A stretch of DNA of 63,372 nt, filler included, from Craspedostauros australis (lineage: Eukaryota): the NCBI GenBank assembly GCA_030167865.1. It is 11 parts of 11 records of this genome, joined end to end, with 100 filler letters (N's around TTAATTAATTAA, not from the genome) between each part and the next. Parts side by side here need not be neighbours in the genome. Positions count along the whole stretch, not along the records: positions 33,515 to 47,936 come from JALAGF010001400.1; positions 48,037 to 49,323 come from JALAGF010001401.1; positions 49,424 to 52,907 come from JALAGF010001402.1; positions 53,008 to 56,168 come from JALAGF010001403.1; positions 56,269 to 60,072 come from JALAGF010001404.1; 6 more parts are not named here. One strand, 5' to 3'. Positions 45,424 through 57,115 of the stretch are shown here, piece after piece (the first letter of the stretch is position 1; each line of letters opens with the position of its first letter). The notes under the pieces are model-generated. The model saw only the letters and a program-made list of their open reading frames with translations. It had not been told where the DNA came from and searched no databases. Both the position numbers and the translations under genes were made by a program.

Positions 45424-47383
45424 GATGCGGCAAGTCCTCGGAAAGTCGAGGGGTGGTTGGCGCCGTCGCAAGATATCAATAGTTTTGGAACTGTCCGGAA
45501 AGCACAGCGGCAACAGGAGCACGCGTGTGGTTGGTTCACAACCACTCATAATCATCGGGTGCACTCGTAAAAGCTATTATACATGCAACTTTGTAATAAT
45601 CACAGTGCAATAGGATAACCGTTGTACGTATTGTAGTGTTGGACACATGAGATGGATCGAATGGTACCCAACCATGGGCAGAGGAAGCAAGATTGCTGCT
45701 GCCCCCGGCGGCCCATTCTGAACTGCAGGACTCTTCTCCACTCTACTCCATTGATCTCGCCACCGAGTCCTCGCTTGCCGCTCTTTTCATTGAGCTCGGG
45801 CACTCCTGGCATGTCCTTTGCTTTTCCAACAGTTGGATGCGGAGACCTGGATACGAATATTAAAGTTGATTGTCAACTTGACGGGAGGTGGCAAGACCGA
45901 ATATATGACATGGTATTAGCAAACCCGAAAGATTGCGCAGCTTTTTCATCCATGACTGGTTTGGCGTTTGGTCTTCTCTTGGGTCATTGCGACGTGAGGG
46001 TGGTCATTGGAGGGGTTCGAGTGGCTATTTTTTGGCATGGCTGGCGACCCCAGCCAATCAAATGGCTTATACTTTATCACTGTTGGGAGCAAGCCATCCC
46101 ATTGAAGGGCGAATTGAGGGGAGTTTGGATGATTTATCCCGAGCTTTGTTGCGGTTGAAGTTCTCATTCGGGTCCGTGTGACTCAGATGATCGTGACGAC
46201 ACATTGGCATTGCAAAGACCTTAATCCTCACGAAAGTGGCTGTCTCCATTGTGCCCAGGCAAGTCTCTATTGAGGGGCTCCCCCTGTAATTCGGACAGCC
46301 CGGCGTGTCCCAGTACCCAAGTTCTGGGGCCACTCGAACCCCTCTATTGTTGTGCGACAAACGAAGTTTTATGCCGCATCATCTGTGATTGTTTGTGCGG
46401 CGGAAATTGCACGGCAACGATCATTCGGTGAAGTGGCTCTCCTTTCCAAGTGCGTCTTGATCGCCACATGCAAACTCAGGAGGCAAATGGGAGAAGCAGG
46501 AGCAGTCTCCACAACGTAGATGACGGTGGAGCAGAAACAAGGGTGCTGAAGCAACTAGGCCATGTCCCCAAGTCTTGGAAGGAGAGCTATTGCACTCTTC
46601 GTAGCTCTCTGATACTTGCGATTGTCCACAATCAGTGACTCCAATCAACTCTCGACACCGATTTTCGTATCAGACTCGGAAGCGAATTCTGTGGCCTGAT
46701 GCTCCCTCCACCCATGACAGCTTCACTCTCGCTAACAACAACGGAGATAGCTGAAGCGAAAGGCTCACACCCACCGTGCCATGGATGAGAAATCCAGTGG
46801 AGCCATCTGCATCGAGATGTCGCAGAGAGCTTCATGTCGACCTTGGTTTTGACATCGTTTTTCCAAACAAGAAGTGATGGTCACCCCGTCGGAGGAATCA
46901 AGAAGACCAAGTTCGTCGTCCTCTTCTCCTCTCTGTTTGTTGGGTCGTGAAGGTGTCAATCACCTTCACAAGAAGCGCAATCGCAATTCTATTTTTCTGC
47001 GCTGACAGATTCTTGGGCATCGCAATGATCCACTCTTTCTGCAACGACAGAAGGAGGAGTTCATGGATTGCATTTTAGGCCGACTTTTCATGTCCTAAAC
47101 GGAGACTGGTGCCGCAGCCTTTGTCTCTTTGGGATTGGAAGAGACAACGTGTGACAAAACGGGCTGTGATCCTTCCCAGGACCACGGGCTTCCACTTATG
47201 CATGGTGTCGGCAAGTTACGACACACGTGAAACCGATTTAGAGTGAAAAAGAGTAAAGATGCAGATTATGAGTCTTATCGATGTCGTATGCGTCAGTGCA
47301 GTTGTCTGATTGCTGTGTTGTGCATGATTGGTAGTGGCGGCTATCGTGTAACGCCGTTTCAACGGTTTCATACATATCCCGGT

Positions 47384-47936
47384 TTGGTCCCCTCGATGCG
47401 CGGTGGCTGTGCTAGCCGTCGTATCGTCACATTTTGGTTGCATTCGGGATGTACCTGCTGCATGCCCCACATGTGGACACCACAGGGCGCTCATCCCACC
47501 AGTCATAGGCAGAGCCCATGACCGACCACCCATGGGTACTGTCGCGCAGCGCCGAGGTCAGAAGAGGACCCGTTGTGCTTGTTCTTTTCGTCTCGGTCCT
47601 TGTTGTTGTTTCGTGAGCATGTCGGACAGATTGGTATCCGATGGTTCATGTTGGACCACCAGGATGCCCGCGGCGATGCTTTCTCGGACGAAATGGTATG
47701 CGATGGCATTGGCTTTCTTCCGCAATTGTGATTCTGGTAGTGAGGAATTGTATACCACACTCTGATTGTCGACCCGTACGTCCGCCGGGCCATCCAGTGG
47801 AATGCCCATCATGCGAAGCTTGTATCTCATGCCGATGATGATTTCGGTTGCGACCTTGAGTGCTGTGAACTCGCTGCCGAATGTGGATGTCTCAATGCTG
47901 TTCTGTTTCTTGCTGTACCACAGTATCGGTGATGTA
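47384..47936 (-). mobile_element. CoDi-like copia RNase H end with 3' UTR and PPT (family B)
   Basis: PILWYSKKQNSIETSTFGSEFTALKVATE...GIPLDGP...DNQSVV...KKANAIAYHFVRE...NLSDMLTK, stop at 47558. GAGGGGA lies about 170 nt downstream. Confidence 0.9.
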
Positions 47937-48036
47937 NNNNNNNNNNNNNNNNNNNNNNNNNNNNNNNNNNNNNNNNNNNNTTAATTAATTAANNNNNNNN
48001 NNNNNNNNNNNNNNNNNNNNNNNNNNNNNNNNNNNN

Positions 48037-48964
48037 AGCCAACCGACGCATCCACGGTGCTGCGGCTGAAGCGCCAGTTCAACACGGAACGCATGGCGAG
48101 GGATACGGATCCCGACATCTGCGTCACACGGCTTGAGCTGCTCCGCACTCGCCTCCAAGAGGTGAAATACGAGATCAGTGAGAGAGAGCTGATCATGCAA
48201 GTGCTCAGCAGCCTCAGCAAGGACTACGACGACGAAGTGAGCAACTTCGAATACCAACTGCAGATGGGTCCAGAGAAGGTGACGATCGAAGCCATCCGAA
48301 ACGTACTGAACTACAGATACTCCAAGCTCCAAGGCGGAAAGGCGTACGTGGACGACTTCGCAGACACGGGCAGCAAGCGCGACGACGCGGCGATGGCTGC
48401 GACAGGCGGATTCAAGGGCAACTGTCACAACTGCGGAAAGTACGGCCATCGGTCTGCGAACTGTCCAGACAGAAAGCAAGCGGCCGACAACAACAACAAC
48501 AACAATCAATCCAACAACGGCCGACGAGGAGGGTATAACAACAGAGGCAACAGAAGAGATCAGCGCGGCAATCAAGGCAACCGCGGCAACAGAGGAAGAG
48601 GTCGAGGCAATGGCTTCAGCGGGAAGTGCCATTACTGTGGCATCCCAGGGCATCGAGAGGCAGACTGCAGGAAGAAAAAGTTCAACGAAAAGAGAAAGCA
48701 GGAAGAGCAAGGAAGCACGGCGCAAGACGGCACCGACGACAGATTCGAGATGGTGATGACCATGCTCGACACACCCACGAATACTCACACCGCCTACGCC
48801 GTCGATGATTCATTCTTTGATACCTTTCAACACCGTCCAGGAATAGACGAGGTCCACGACGACACGAGCATCCCAGAATGGCTCAACGATGGACCAATCA
48901 TCCACGAGGTGACGCTCGACAACGAGCCTCGTTTTGATCTCGATTTCGATTACTGCCTCAACAC
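48037..48964 (+). mobile_element. Ty1/copia gag fragment with two CCHC zinc knuckles
   Basis: UBN2-like ELIMQVLSSLSKDYD, then CHNCGKYGHRSANC and CHYCGIPGHREADC separated by an RG/N-rich spacer. Confidence 0.9.
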
Positions 48965-49423
48965 NNNNNNNNNNNNNNNNNNNNNNNNNNNNNNNNNNNN
49001 NNNNNNNNNNNNNNNNNNNNNNNNNNNNNNNNNNNNNNNNNNNNNNNNNNNNNNNNNNNNNNNNNNNNNNNNNNNNNNNNNNNNNNNNNNNNNNNNNNNN
49101 NNNNNNNNNNNNNNNNNNNNNNNNNNNGCTCAAGATGACGGAGATGACGACAGCGATGCAACTCGTCCACTATACGTCCGGAACAGATTCCGTCCTCCCA
49201 GACCAGAAGGTCAACGAGTCCTTAGCCACCACGAAGACATGATCTTCCCAACCGGCCTACGCTTCGGGCCCACGGACTTCTTCAACCAACGAGGGGCGCA
49301 CGGCAGGCACGACACTGTGCCGTNNNNNNNNNNNNNNNNNNNNNNNNNNNNNNNNNNNNNNNNNNNNTTAATTAATTAANNNNNNNNNNNNNNNNNNNNN
49401 NNNNNNNNNNNNNNNNNNNNNNN

Positions 49424-49765
49424 CGTCCTTCTGCTCTCCAGATGTCACGTTCCATTGGTGATGCAGTAGTCTGTCAGATGATATCATCATCTGAGGTTTA
49501 GTTGGGAAGTACCTCGAGATTCTCTTGGTACCATTGATGCATGGACGGACGATCTTCTGATTCTCCCAGAAATCGTTATTTGCAAATTTCCTCCAGAAAT
49601 CTTGCCCCTTTTCGTGTGTTCCATTTCCTCTGTAATTCCGACGAATCACAGTATACTATCGACACGAATGTAGTTATACCGTCCAAGTGCGTATGAGAGA
49701 ATAGCGGGTGAACGATGCACATATACACGTACATCTTGACGTATACTCACATGTACATCTCGACA
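49424..49765 (-). mobile_element. 5' part of a family A LTR, inverted and truncated by a gap
   Basis: Reverse complement of 29610-29950, starting TGTCGAGATGTACATG at 49765. No PPT in front, so it is a 5' or solo LTR. Confidence 0.9.
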
Positions 49766-50258
49766 ATCATGGAGCCTGCATTGTATGATCCAGGCTGGTA
49801 TTCCCACAAATTCCAAGCTGCAGGGCTCTGATATGAAACTTGTGTTTCCATTGCGACAGGGAACTTTGTGTGGGTGGATGGACCCTATCCTTGTGGGGAG
49901 TGGCCAGACATCAAAACTTATCACGAGAAGCTACTACATGCATTGCATCCTTCCAAAAAAGGTTGTTGCCGACCATGGGTAAAGAGGCGAGCCAAGCTGC
50001 TGCTTGGATCGCACGCAACGCAATGGTGTGATTCGTGCACACCATGAAACCGTACACAAAAGATTCAAGAACTGGAAGTGTCAGAAGCAAAAATGGCTGC
50101 ACTGTTTGGATAAGCACCAGTATGCAATGTACTCAGTTGCCGCAATCATGCAATTGGAGCTGAAACAAACAAATCCACTGTTTTACCTCACCCAAACAAT
50201 GGGGATCATCCAAGAGATGGATGATTGGTTGGATTCCCCAGTGGAACCTTCGGAATAA
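49766..50258 (+). pseudogene. Decayed PIF/Harbinger-ISL2EU-like DDE transposase
   Basis: IMEPALYDPGWYSHKFQAAGL*YETCVSIATGNFVWVDGPYPCGEWPD...(frameshift)VVADHG*RGE...RAHHETVHKRFKNW. Two stops and one frameshift. Confidence 0.75.
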
Positions 50259-50298
50259 GCAATAGCCACATGCAATAAACCACTCCATTTTAGAATAG

Positions 50299-50299
50299 C

Positions 50300-50331
<32 letters not shown>

Positions 50332-50332
50332 C
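50299..50332. repeat. (CAA)11 microsatellite
   Basis: Direct reading. Confidence 0.9.
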
Positions 50333-51072
50333 CACTTATCAATCTATTTGTCACCAAAACTCCTGGAAAGAAACCGCAGTTGGCTGTGCCAACCGAGCAA
50401 GGAACCCAGGCCAAACCAAGGTGGACTGGAGGAGCGATCCTTGTCTCCAAAGGTAAAAACAAGGACAACGGCAAGGACAAGGAAGAGGAGAAGCAACAGT
50501 GGCACCAAACACTTTGAATGCAATCATGATTGTGTTGTTGACGAACACATGGAGGAACAAGAAGAAGCTGCTTGTACGACATAAGAACAACAACTATGCA
50601 TATAGCCAGGTAGTTTTGGACTGCTGCATCAAGCAAGTCTGGCACATCATGTGGCCATTAAGGTCCGTGGAGATGGGGCCAAGCTCCTTGTCAAAGCTCT
50701 CTGCATCCTGAAGCAAGGCGGCACTCCGCCAGAAGGAAACAGTTACACGTCAACCAACGCCATCGAGGAGGCTTGGCACGGAGCAGGCTGGGACAGCCCC
50801 ATATGAGGTACGTGGTTGGTGGAATCGAGAAAGCACGGTCTCAACCCTACCGAGTCGTCGGAGTGACGCAAACCCTTCCACTGGCAACCCAAAGCAACTC
50901 ACAAGCTGTGGCACGTGGCACTACAACAATGGTCGAGCCGAAATCACAAGCTCTGGGAAAAAGCTAAGCATGGCATGATGTCCCAGCTCATGGACTCCTA
51001 TTGTGAAGCCTTTGTAGAGCTGCCTCAAATGTTCATACCTCTGCGCCTCCATCAGCTTGCCCAGCACCTACC

Positions 51073-51855
51073 TGTCGAGATGTACGTGTATATGTGCATC
51101 GTTCACCCGTTATTCTCTCATACGCACTTGGACGGTATAACTACACTCGTGTCGATAGTATGCTGTGATTCGTCAGAATTACAGTGGAAATGGAACACAC
51201 GAAAATGAACAGAATTTCTGGAGGAAATTTGCTATCGACGATTTCTGAGAGAATTAGAAGATCGTCCGTCCATCCATCAATGGTACCGAGAGAATCTCGA
51301 GGTACTTCCCAACTAAACCTCAGATGACGATATCATCTGACAGACTGCTGCATCACCAATGGAGCATGACATCTGGAGAGCAGAAGGACGCCCACTGACG
51401 TTGACAGGATGTCATCGTGTCACCACGTCGAAATCTGTCTCCAAGTCAGAGCAGGAGGCAAAGATCCGAATGACCGAAGGGCATCAGGATTATGGATATG
51501 GGAGATGAACTTCAAATGGTAAGTACTCATGGAGTAGGAACCAGTACTGAATGAACGGAGTGTCAAGTGCGGAGTACGCATCGAAGACGGAGTATTGTGT
51601 AGCACGAAGCACACGATGCTGAGACAGAGAGAGAGAGAGAGAGAATGCAGAGAGGAGCGAGAGAGCATCTCGCGTACCGACTCATAGTTGGAGACCGAAT
51701 CTACAAAACAGATTGAAGCGCCAAGAGCATCGGGCAAGAGAACGGGCATACACCGAGAGGATTGGAGTAGCCAAGTAATGAAATAGCAAACGAACGACTA
51801 TCAACCAACACCACCTTCCATGATCATAGGCTTCCATGAGCAGAACTTGCCAACA
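51073..51855 (+). mobile_element. Solo LTR of family A with CCTACC target-site duplication
   Basis: TG...CA termini, colinear with 29610-30401. CCTACC at 51067-51072 and 51856-51861. Confidence 0.9.
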
Positions 51856-52764
51856 CCTACCAGGAACCTAGCCAAGGAGAGCAGAGTGGGTGCTAGCCAT
51901 GACACATGGCAAGCCAAATATGGAGGCCACAGTTTCTCCAGAGCATCCAGCATAGCTGCACCATGCAGCATCTGCATCCAACATCCTCCAGCGTGACCAC
52001 ACGCCCAACACGCCTCACACGAGTCACTGCAATGGCAGCTGGTGCCACCACATGTGTCTCCTGCATGTACATTATATATGTACTGGTATACACAATTTTT
52101 TGCAACCACACGGCAAGGCAAGACCTGCCAACATTATCCGTTCCCACTGCATGACTCATGTTGAATAAACGAGGCGGTTCGAAAGCACCTGCAGCACGTA
52201 GTTGTGGATTATAGTCCATATGGTACAACAGCAACAGAAAAAGAACTGTGCACAGCATGCATGGGGAAGAAGAGAGAAGCAACTTGCATTGTCAGTATGG
52301 TAGGCTGGACCACTATTAGTTGTTACAGGGAGGATCGTTGTGAAGTGTGGATGCAATGGATGATGGGCTTGTTGCCTTGAGTCGAAGGGAAGTCGCAAAT
52401 ACACAAGGAAAGCAACGACGGAACCTGTTGGAGCAGATGCCCATATTGTGACGACAGATGGCGCGAAACCAAAGAAACCAGGGAATGCCAATGACGTCAT
52501 TCGTCGGTGCGAATCAACGGCTGGCAGCCACCACCAACATCAAGCAAGCAAACACAAGAAAAACGACAACAAGCCGATCATCGGCAACAAGCTGGAGATC
52601 GGCAACAAGCAGCCATAAATCCAGTTTAAAATATCTGATTACACCACAACAACAATCTCATTGCTCCACATCTGGTTTGCCCTTCGGTTCATTGCCGGGT
52701 AGAGGCCGGTGCAGGAGCCATTGCTTCAACATATTTTAAACTGGATTGCTGCTTCATCGTAACA

Positions 52765-52821
52765 ATGAGCGCCGACATCAAGACCCAACCGACCAAGCCA
52801 AAAGGCGAAGGCGGCAAAGGC

Positions 52822-52859
<38 letters not shown>

Positions 52860-52907
52860 GGGGCGTTCCCCATTCGTCAAGACACCCAAGTTCGAGGGAG
52901 CCTGCCC
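52765..52907 (+). mobile_element. Probable N-terminus of a CoDi-like gag, truncated by a gap
   Basis: MSADIK...poly-N...KTPKFEGAC. A KFEG-x-C after a low-complexity start is what I recall for diatom copia gag. A structured leader lies upstream. Confidence 0.55.
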
Positions 52908-53007
52908 NNNNNNNNNNNNNNNNNNNNNNNNNNNNNNNNNNNNNNNNNNNNTTAATTAATTAANNNNNNNNNNNNNNNNNNNNNNNNNNNNNNNNNNNNN
53001 NNNNNNN

Positions 53008-54568
53008 CACACGTCTATTGGAGTACTATGCAGTGGTGAGCATATACTACTCACTCGATGGAGCCAAGTGGAACGACAAGATGGGCTTTCTATCAGATGC
53101 TGACGTATGTGACTGGCACTCTTCCTCTGGTGGTGTGACATGCGACAATGGCCATGTGGTACAAGTAGCTTTGGGTGATGAAGGCATGCGGGGCACGCTC
53201 GATCCAGCCCTGTATCATCTCTCACACCTTGAGAAATGGTCAATGAAAATGACTTCCAGCACTCGCGGACAGATCGATGGTATCATCTTCAGTCACATTG
53301 GCATGTTGAGTATGCTATCAGAGCTAACTCTAGTGTACATGGAACTGCGAGGCGCGTTTCCGTCAGAATTGTATCAACTTACACAATTGACACATCTTGA
53401 ACTGGATTCCAACAACTTCGCTGGACCACTTCCATCCAAGATTGGTCAGCTGTCAGCTCTCGCTTTTCTTGATTTGGGGTCCACTGATTTCACTGGGCAG
53501 CTTCCATCCGAGATTGGTCAGCTGACAGCACTCACCTTGCTTGATCTAGAATGGACCAAATTCACTTGGCGGCTTCCATCCGAGGTTGGTCAGCTGACAG
53601 CACTCACCTTTCTTGATTTGGGGCCTACTGATTTCACTGGGCAGCTTCCATCCGAGATTAGTCAGCTGTCAGCTCTCGCTTTTCTTGATTTGGGAACTAC
53701 TGACTTCACGGGACAGCTTCCATCCCAGATTGGTCAGTTGACAGCACTCACCTTTCTTGATCTAGAATCGACCAAATTCACTGCACAGTTCCCATCTGAG
53801 ATTGGGCAGCTGACAGTATTGCAACATCTTGACCTGGAACGGACGCGCTTCACTGGGCGGTTTCCAACTGAGATTTGTCAGTTGACAGCACTCGCGTCTC
53901 TTGACCTGGATTTCACCAATCTCATTGGACAGATTCCATCCGAGATTGGTCAGCTGTCAGCACTCACCTTTCTTGATTTGGGGCCTGCTGATTTCACTGG
54001 GCAGCTTCCATCCGAGATTGGTCAGCTGACAGCACTCACCTTTCTTGATCTAGAATCGACCAAAATCACTGGGCGGCTTCCATCCGAGATTGGTCAGCTG
54101 TCAGAGCTCACCTTTCTTGATCTGGGATCGACCAACTTGACTGCGCAGTTCCCATCTGAGATTGGTCAGCTGACAAAATTGCAACATCTTGACCTGGAGC
54201 AGACGCACTTTACTGGGCAGCTACCATCCGAGATTGGTCAGCTGGCAGCTCTCGCTTTTCTTGATTTGGGGCCCACTGATTTCACTGCGCAGCTTCCATC
54301 CGAGATTGGTCAGCTGACGGCTCTCGCCTTTCTTGATCTGGAATGGACCAAATTTTCTGGGCGGCTTCCATCCGAGATTGGTCAGCTGACAGATCTCACC
54401 TATCTTGATCTGGAATCTAGTGGCTTCACTGGGCAGCTTCCATCTGAGATCGGCCAGCTGACAGCGCTCACCTTTCTTGATCTAGAACGGACCAACTTCA
54501 CTAGGCCGCTTCCAACTGAGGTTGGTCTCCTCACACCATTGGAAATAATCAGGATCCCTGGAATCTAA
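53008..54568 (+). CDS. LRR protein (5'-truncated by gap) with 15 near-identical 72-bp repeats
   Basis: LRRNT-like YYSLDGAKW...VCDWH...GVTC, followed by plant-type LRRs with consensus LPSEIGQLTALTFLDLxxTxFTGQ. Confidence 0.88.
53429..54508 (+). repeat. 15 x 72-bp coding tandem array
   Basis: cttccatccgagattggtcagctg (with minor variants) recurs every 72 nt from 53429; the next unit starts at 54509. Confidence 0.95.
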
Positions 54569-56027
54569 TGCAGCGCCATTGTCCCAACACAACTAGCCAA
54601 ACTTATGCTCTGTTTATTGTTCGTTGGAAATGATGTGCCGTTGAGGCATCCCTCATGAGATTTTTCGTGCCTCACAATGCAGGGCCAAGTGCCGATCGAA
54701 CAGACCCAATAATTGGCGATTTTTGGCAATGCTTGGCAACAGTTGGCTACACATTTTGGGCCCGTTTGTCCCACCCAATCCAACATCTCTTCGCATCAAT
54801 CTAAATTTATGAGCCAGGGCCATCCAGGCAAGTATTAACGTTACCTCGTTGTTACCACTGTCTCATCGATCTCGATGTGTTTGTTGACCCCCTTGGTGTG
54901 GTTTCGCCATCTGACGACGGACAGCCGGGTATTGTTTTGATGATATGTTTGGCGACACGTGGGATTCTACAGGGGTCCGGTAGGATCTGGCCTCTTTTTT
55001 CAAGAAATTCGACCCTCCATCTTTGAAGTCTCCGCGCTGAGCATTCTTTGGCTCAATCTGTACAATAGATATCATTTCAGAATTCCATCGCCAAGGTGGT
55101 CACAATCATGTGGTCTATATTATGTTTGAGTGCCATGGTGTGTTGGTATGCTTGCTTTTAGGAGCCCCCCGAGTGAGTCGCAACGATATTTGACCACTCG
55201 GATCCCCATTTCGGTGGCAAGTTTGGAGAACTCAGGTTCCAATGTTTGCGTCATCGTGACGTCAGCGAGGGTTGGAACGCTTGTTTGGGGCGACCGAAAC
55301 AGCAGCGCATGACAAAACACAGGCAAAAAGCGTCCGTGAATGATGAGGTGCTTGACGGATCACATCAGTGCTCGCCGAGCAAGACAGTAACAGCCACCAA
55401 ACTTCAGAATTGCGTATATAAACGATATATTATGCCACAATGGCAAGATGAGTACAGGAAGATGCACATGAGCGAAGTCCGGAGAGTTTGACTACGGTTG
55501 ATGCTGTTTTTTCCTGTTGTAATTCGGGACTTACGTAGAACGTATACCAGAATCTACACTGCAGCTTTTGTGATCCAAACATATCCAATAATCGGCAAGA
55601 ACGTTGGCGACAGCTGTTTGTTACAGGCACAAGGTATCGAAGATCAAAAGTTAGAATGTCCATCTCGAAGTATTGGTCGACTCGCTCGAGGGGGCTTTTG
55701 CCTCGGAACCGGTCGTCAGTGGGCTTTCCCCACTGATTCGTGACAGCACACGAATTCCAACTAAGTCAAAGTAGTCGGTTGTGTTGGGTCGTGCTCTTGA
55801 CGTAACACGAATGAAATCTTTCACGACAAAACGTGGGCGGGAGTTGAGAAACTGTTCTCAGCAAACTCTCCTACTGGGAAAAGGCATGGAATTAGAAGTA
55901 AACAACGGATTATGAGCTCAAGGCACGAGCCATTTACCTCTCATGTGGTCTCTACTCTGCTGCGTACGATTCAGCTGCAAGTGCCCAGTCTAACGCTCAA
56001 ATAACCGGTAATAACGTCCGTATCTGC

Positions 56028-56168
56028 TTGGTCCCCTCGATATGCGGTGGCTCTGCTGCTCGTCAGATCGTCTCAATCTCTTCGGTGCTCTCGTTCATAT
56101 TCATTCGTACGGTATGTACCTGCTGCATGTCCTCATGAATGGACACCACAGGGCGCTCATCCCATCCA
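56028..56168 (-). mobile_element. 3' UTR/PPT remnant of a copia related to family B
   Basis: Shares the blocks ttggtcccctcgat, gcggtggct, atgtacctgctgcatg and ggacaccacagggcgctcatccca with 47384-47500. Confidence 0.7.
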
Positions 56169-56268
56169 NNNNNNNNNNNNNNNNNNNNNNNNNNNNNNNN
56201 NNNNNNNNNNNNTTAATTAATTAANNNNNNNNNNNNNNNNNNNNNNNNNNNNNNNNNNNNNNNNNNNN

Positions 56269-56844
56269 GATTTGCAGGACGTCGTGCGATAGCATGTCTT
56301 GGACGTCCTTCTCGGCCAGGTCGATCTCGAGTTGCACATCCTTGAAGGCGACCCCGTCGTCCAGAACGGCTTGTTGCAGTTCGGCGGCGTTGGCGACTGG
56401 GCGCTTTCTGCCTTTGCCTCTACCTTTCTTCCTGTTGCCGTTGTCGTTGCTCTCATTGTTGTTGTTGTTGGTGGTGGCCGATCGACGCGATGCGATATCG
56501 CTTGATGGGAAGAGGGAGAATGATGTTGGACTGGCACTGTTGTTGGTATTATTGTCGTCGCCGTTGACCACGAAGTTGAAGGATGCGTGCGACTCCTGCT
56601 CCACCACCGATGGCATGACCTGCCGAAGTTCCGTGACAAGAGAAGTGTGCCGGACGCTGCGTCGGAGCCTGTTCGATGCCTTGCGCGCAACGTTGAGCAC
56701 CGCCAGAACCTTCCCGGAGGTGCGATTCGTTGTTGGTGTGGTTGTTGTGATCGATGGTGATGTTGTCGTTGAAGTTGTTGTTGTTGTTGATTCTAGTCCC
56801 GCCCGTGACTCGCTTGACCACCACCAATATAGAGTGCGCCTCAT
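56269..56844 (-). CDS. 5' fragment of a gene truncated by a gap (function uncertain)
   Basis: Open frame with T/N-rich low complexity, then ELQQAVLDDGVAFKDV...SHDVLQI running into the gap. Confidence 0.5.
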
Positions 56845-57115
56845 GTGAATGTGGATGTGGTTCTGCTCTGATCCACACAAGTAGAATACCAACTAGAGTA
56901 CTCTGTATTTGGTATGATATTATACAATAGAATAGAATACATAGTGATTTTTTGTAGTCTACGGCTTTGTGTTCATGAAGCAGCGTAGCCTTTGATATTC
57001 GTCTGATGGCAAGTGCATAGATCGTTCGTGGCGACGTGTGCTGCTTTCTGTCATTGTGAAGCCACTGTGCCAAACGCTGCTGAGTCGAGTGCCATTGTTC
57101 GGACCAGCTCACATT

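Noticed and set aside
45600..47200. Short ORFs between the CLC gene and the copia remnant
   Set aside because: Multiple stops and no recognisable motif. Probably decayed repeat DNA that I cannot classify.
53429..54508. CRISPR-like repeat-spacer array
   Set aside because: The 72-bp period is in-frame LRR coding sequence, the variable parts are homologous to each other, the context is eukaryotic and there are no cas genes.
55120..55326. Copia integrase remnant (EFSKLATEMGIRVVKYRCDS)
   Set aside because: Only a faint resemblance to GVxIxxYHADNG, with no supporting neighbouring motifs.
56269..56400. Patatin-like phospholipase assignment for the truncated ORF
   Set aside because: The diagnostic GGGxRG and GxSxG motifs would lie beyond the gap and cannot be seen.
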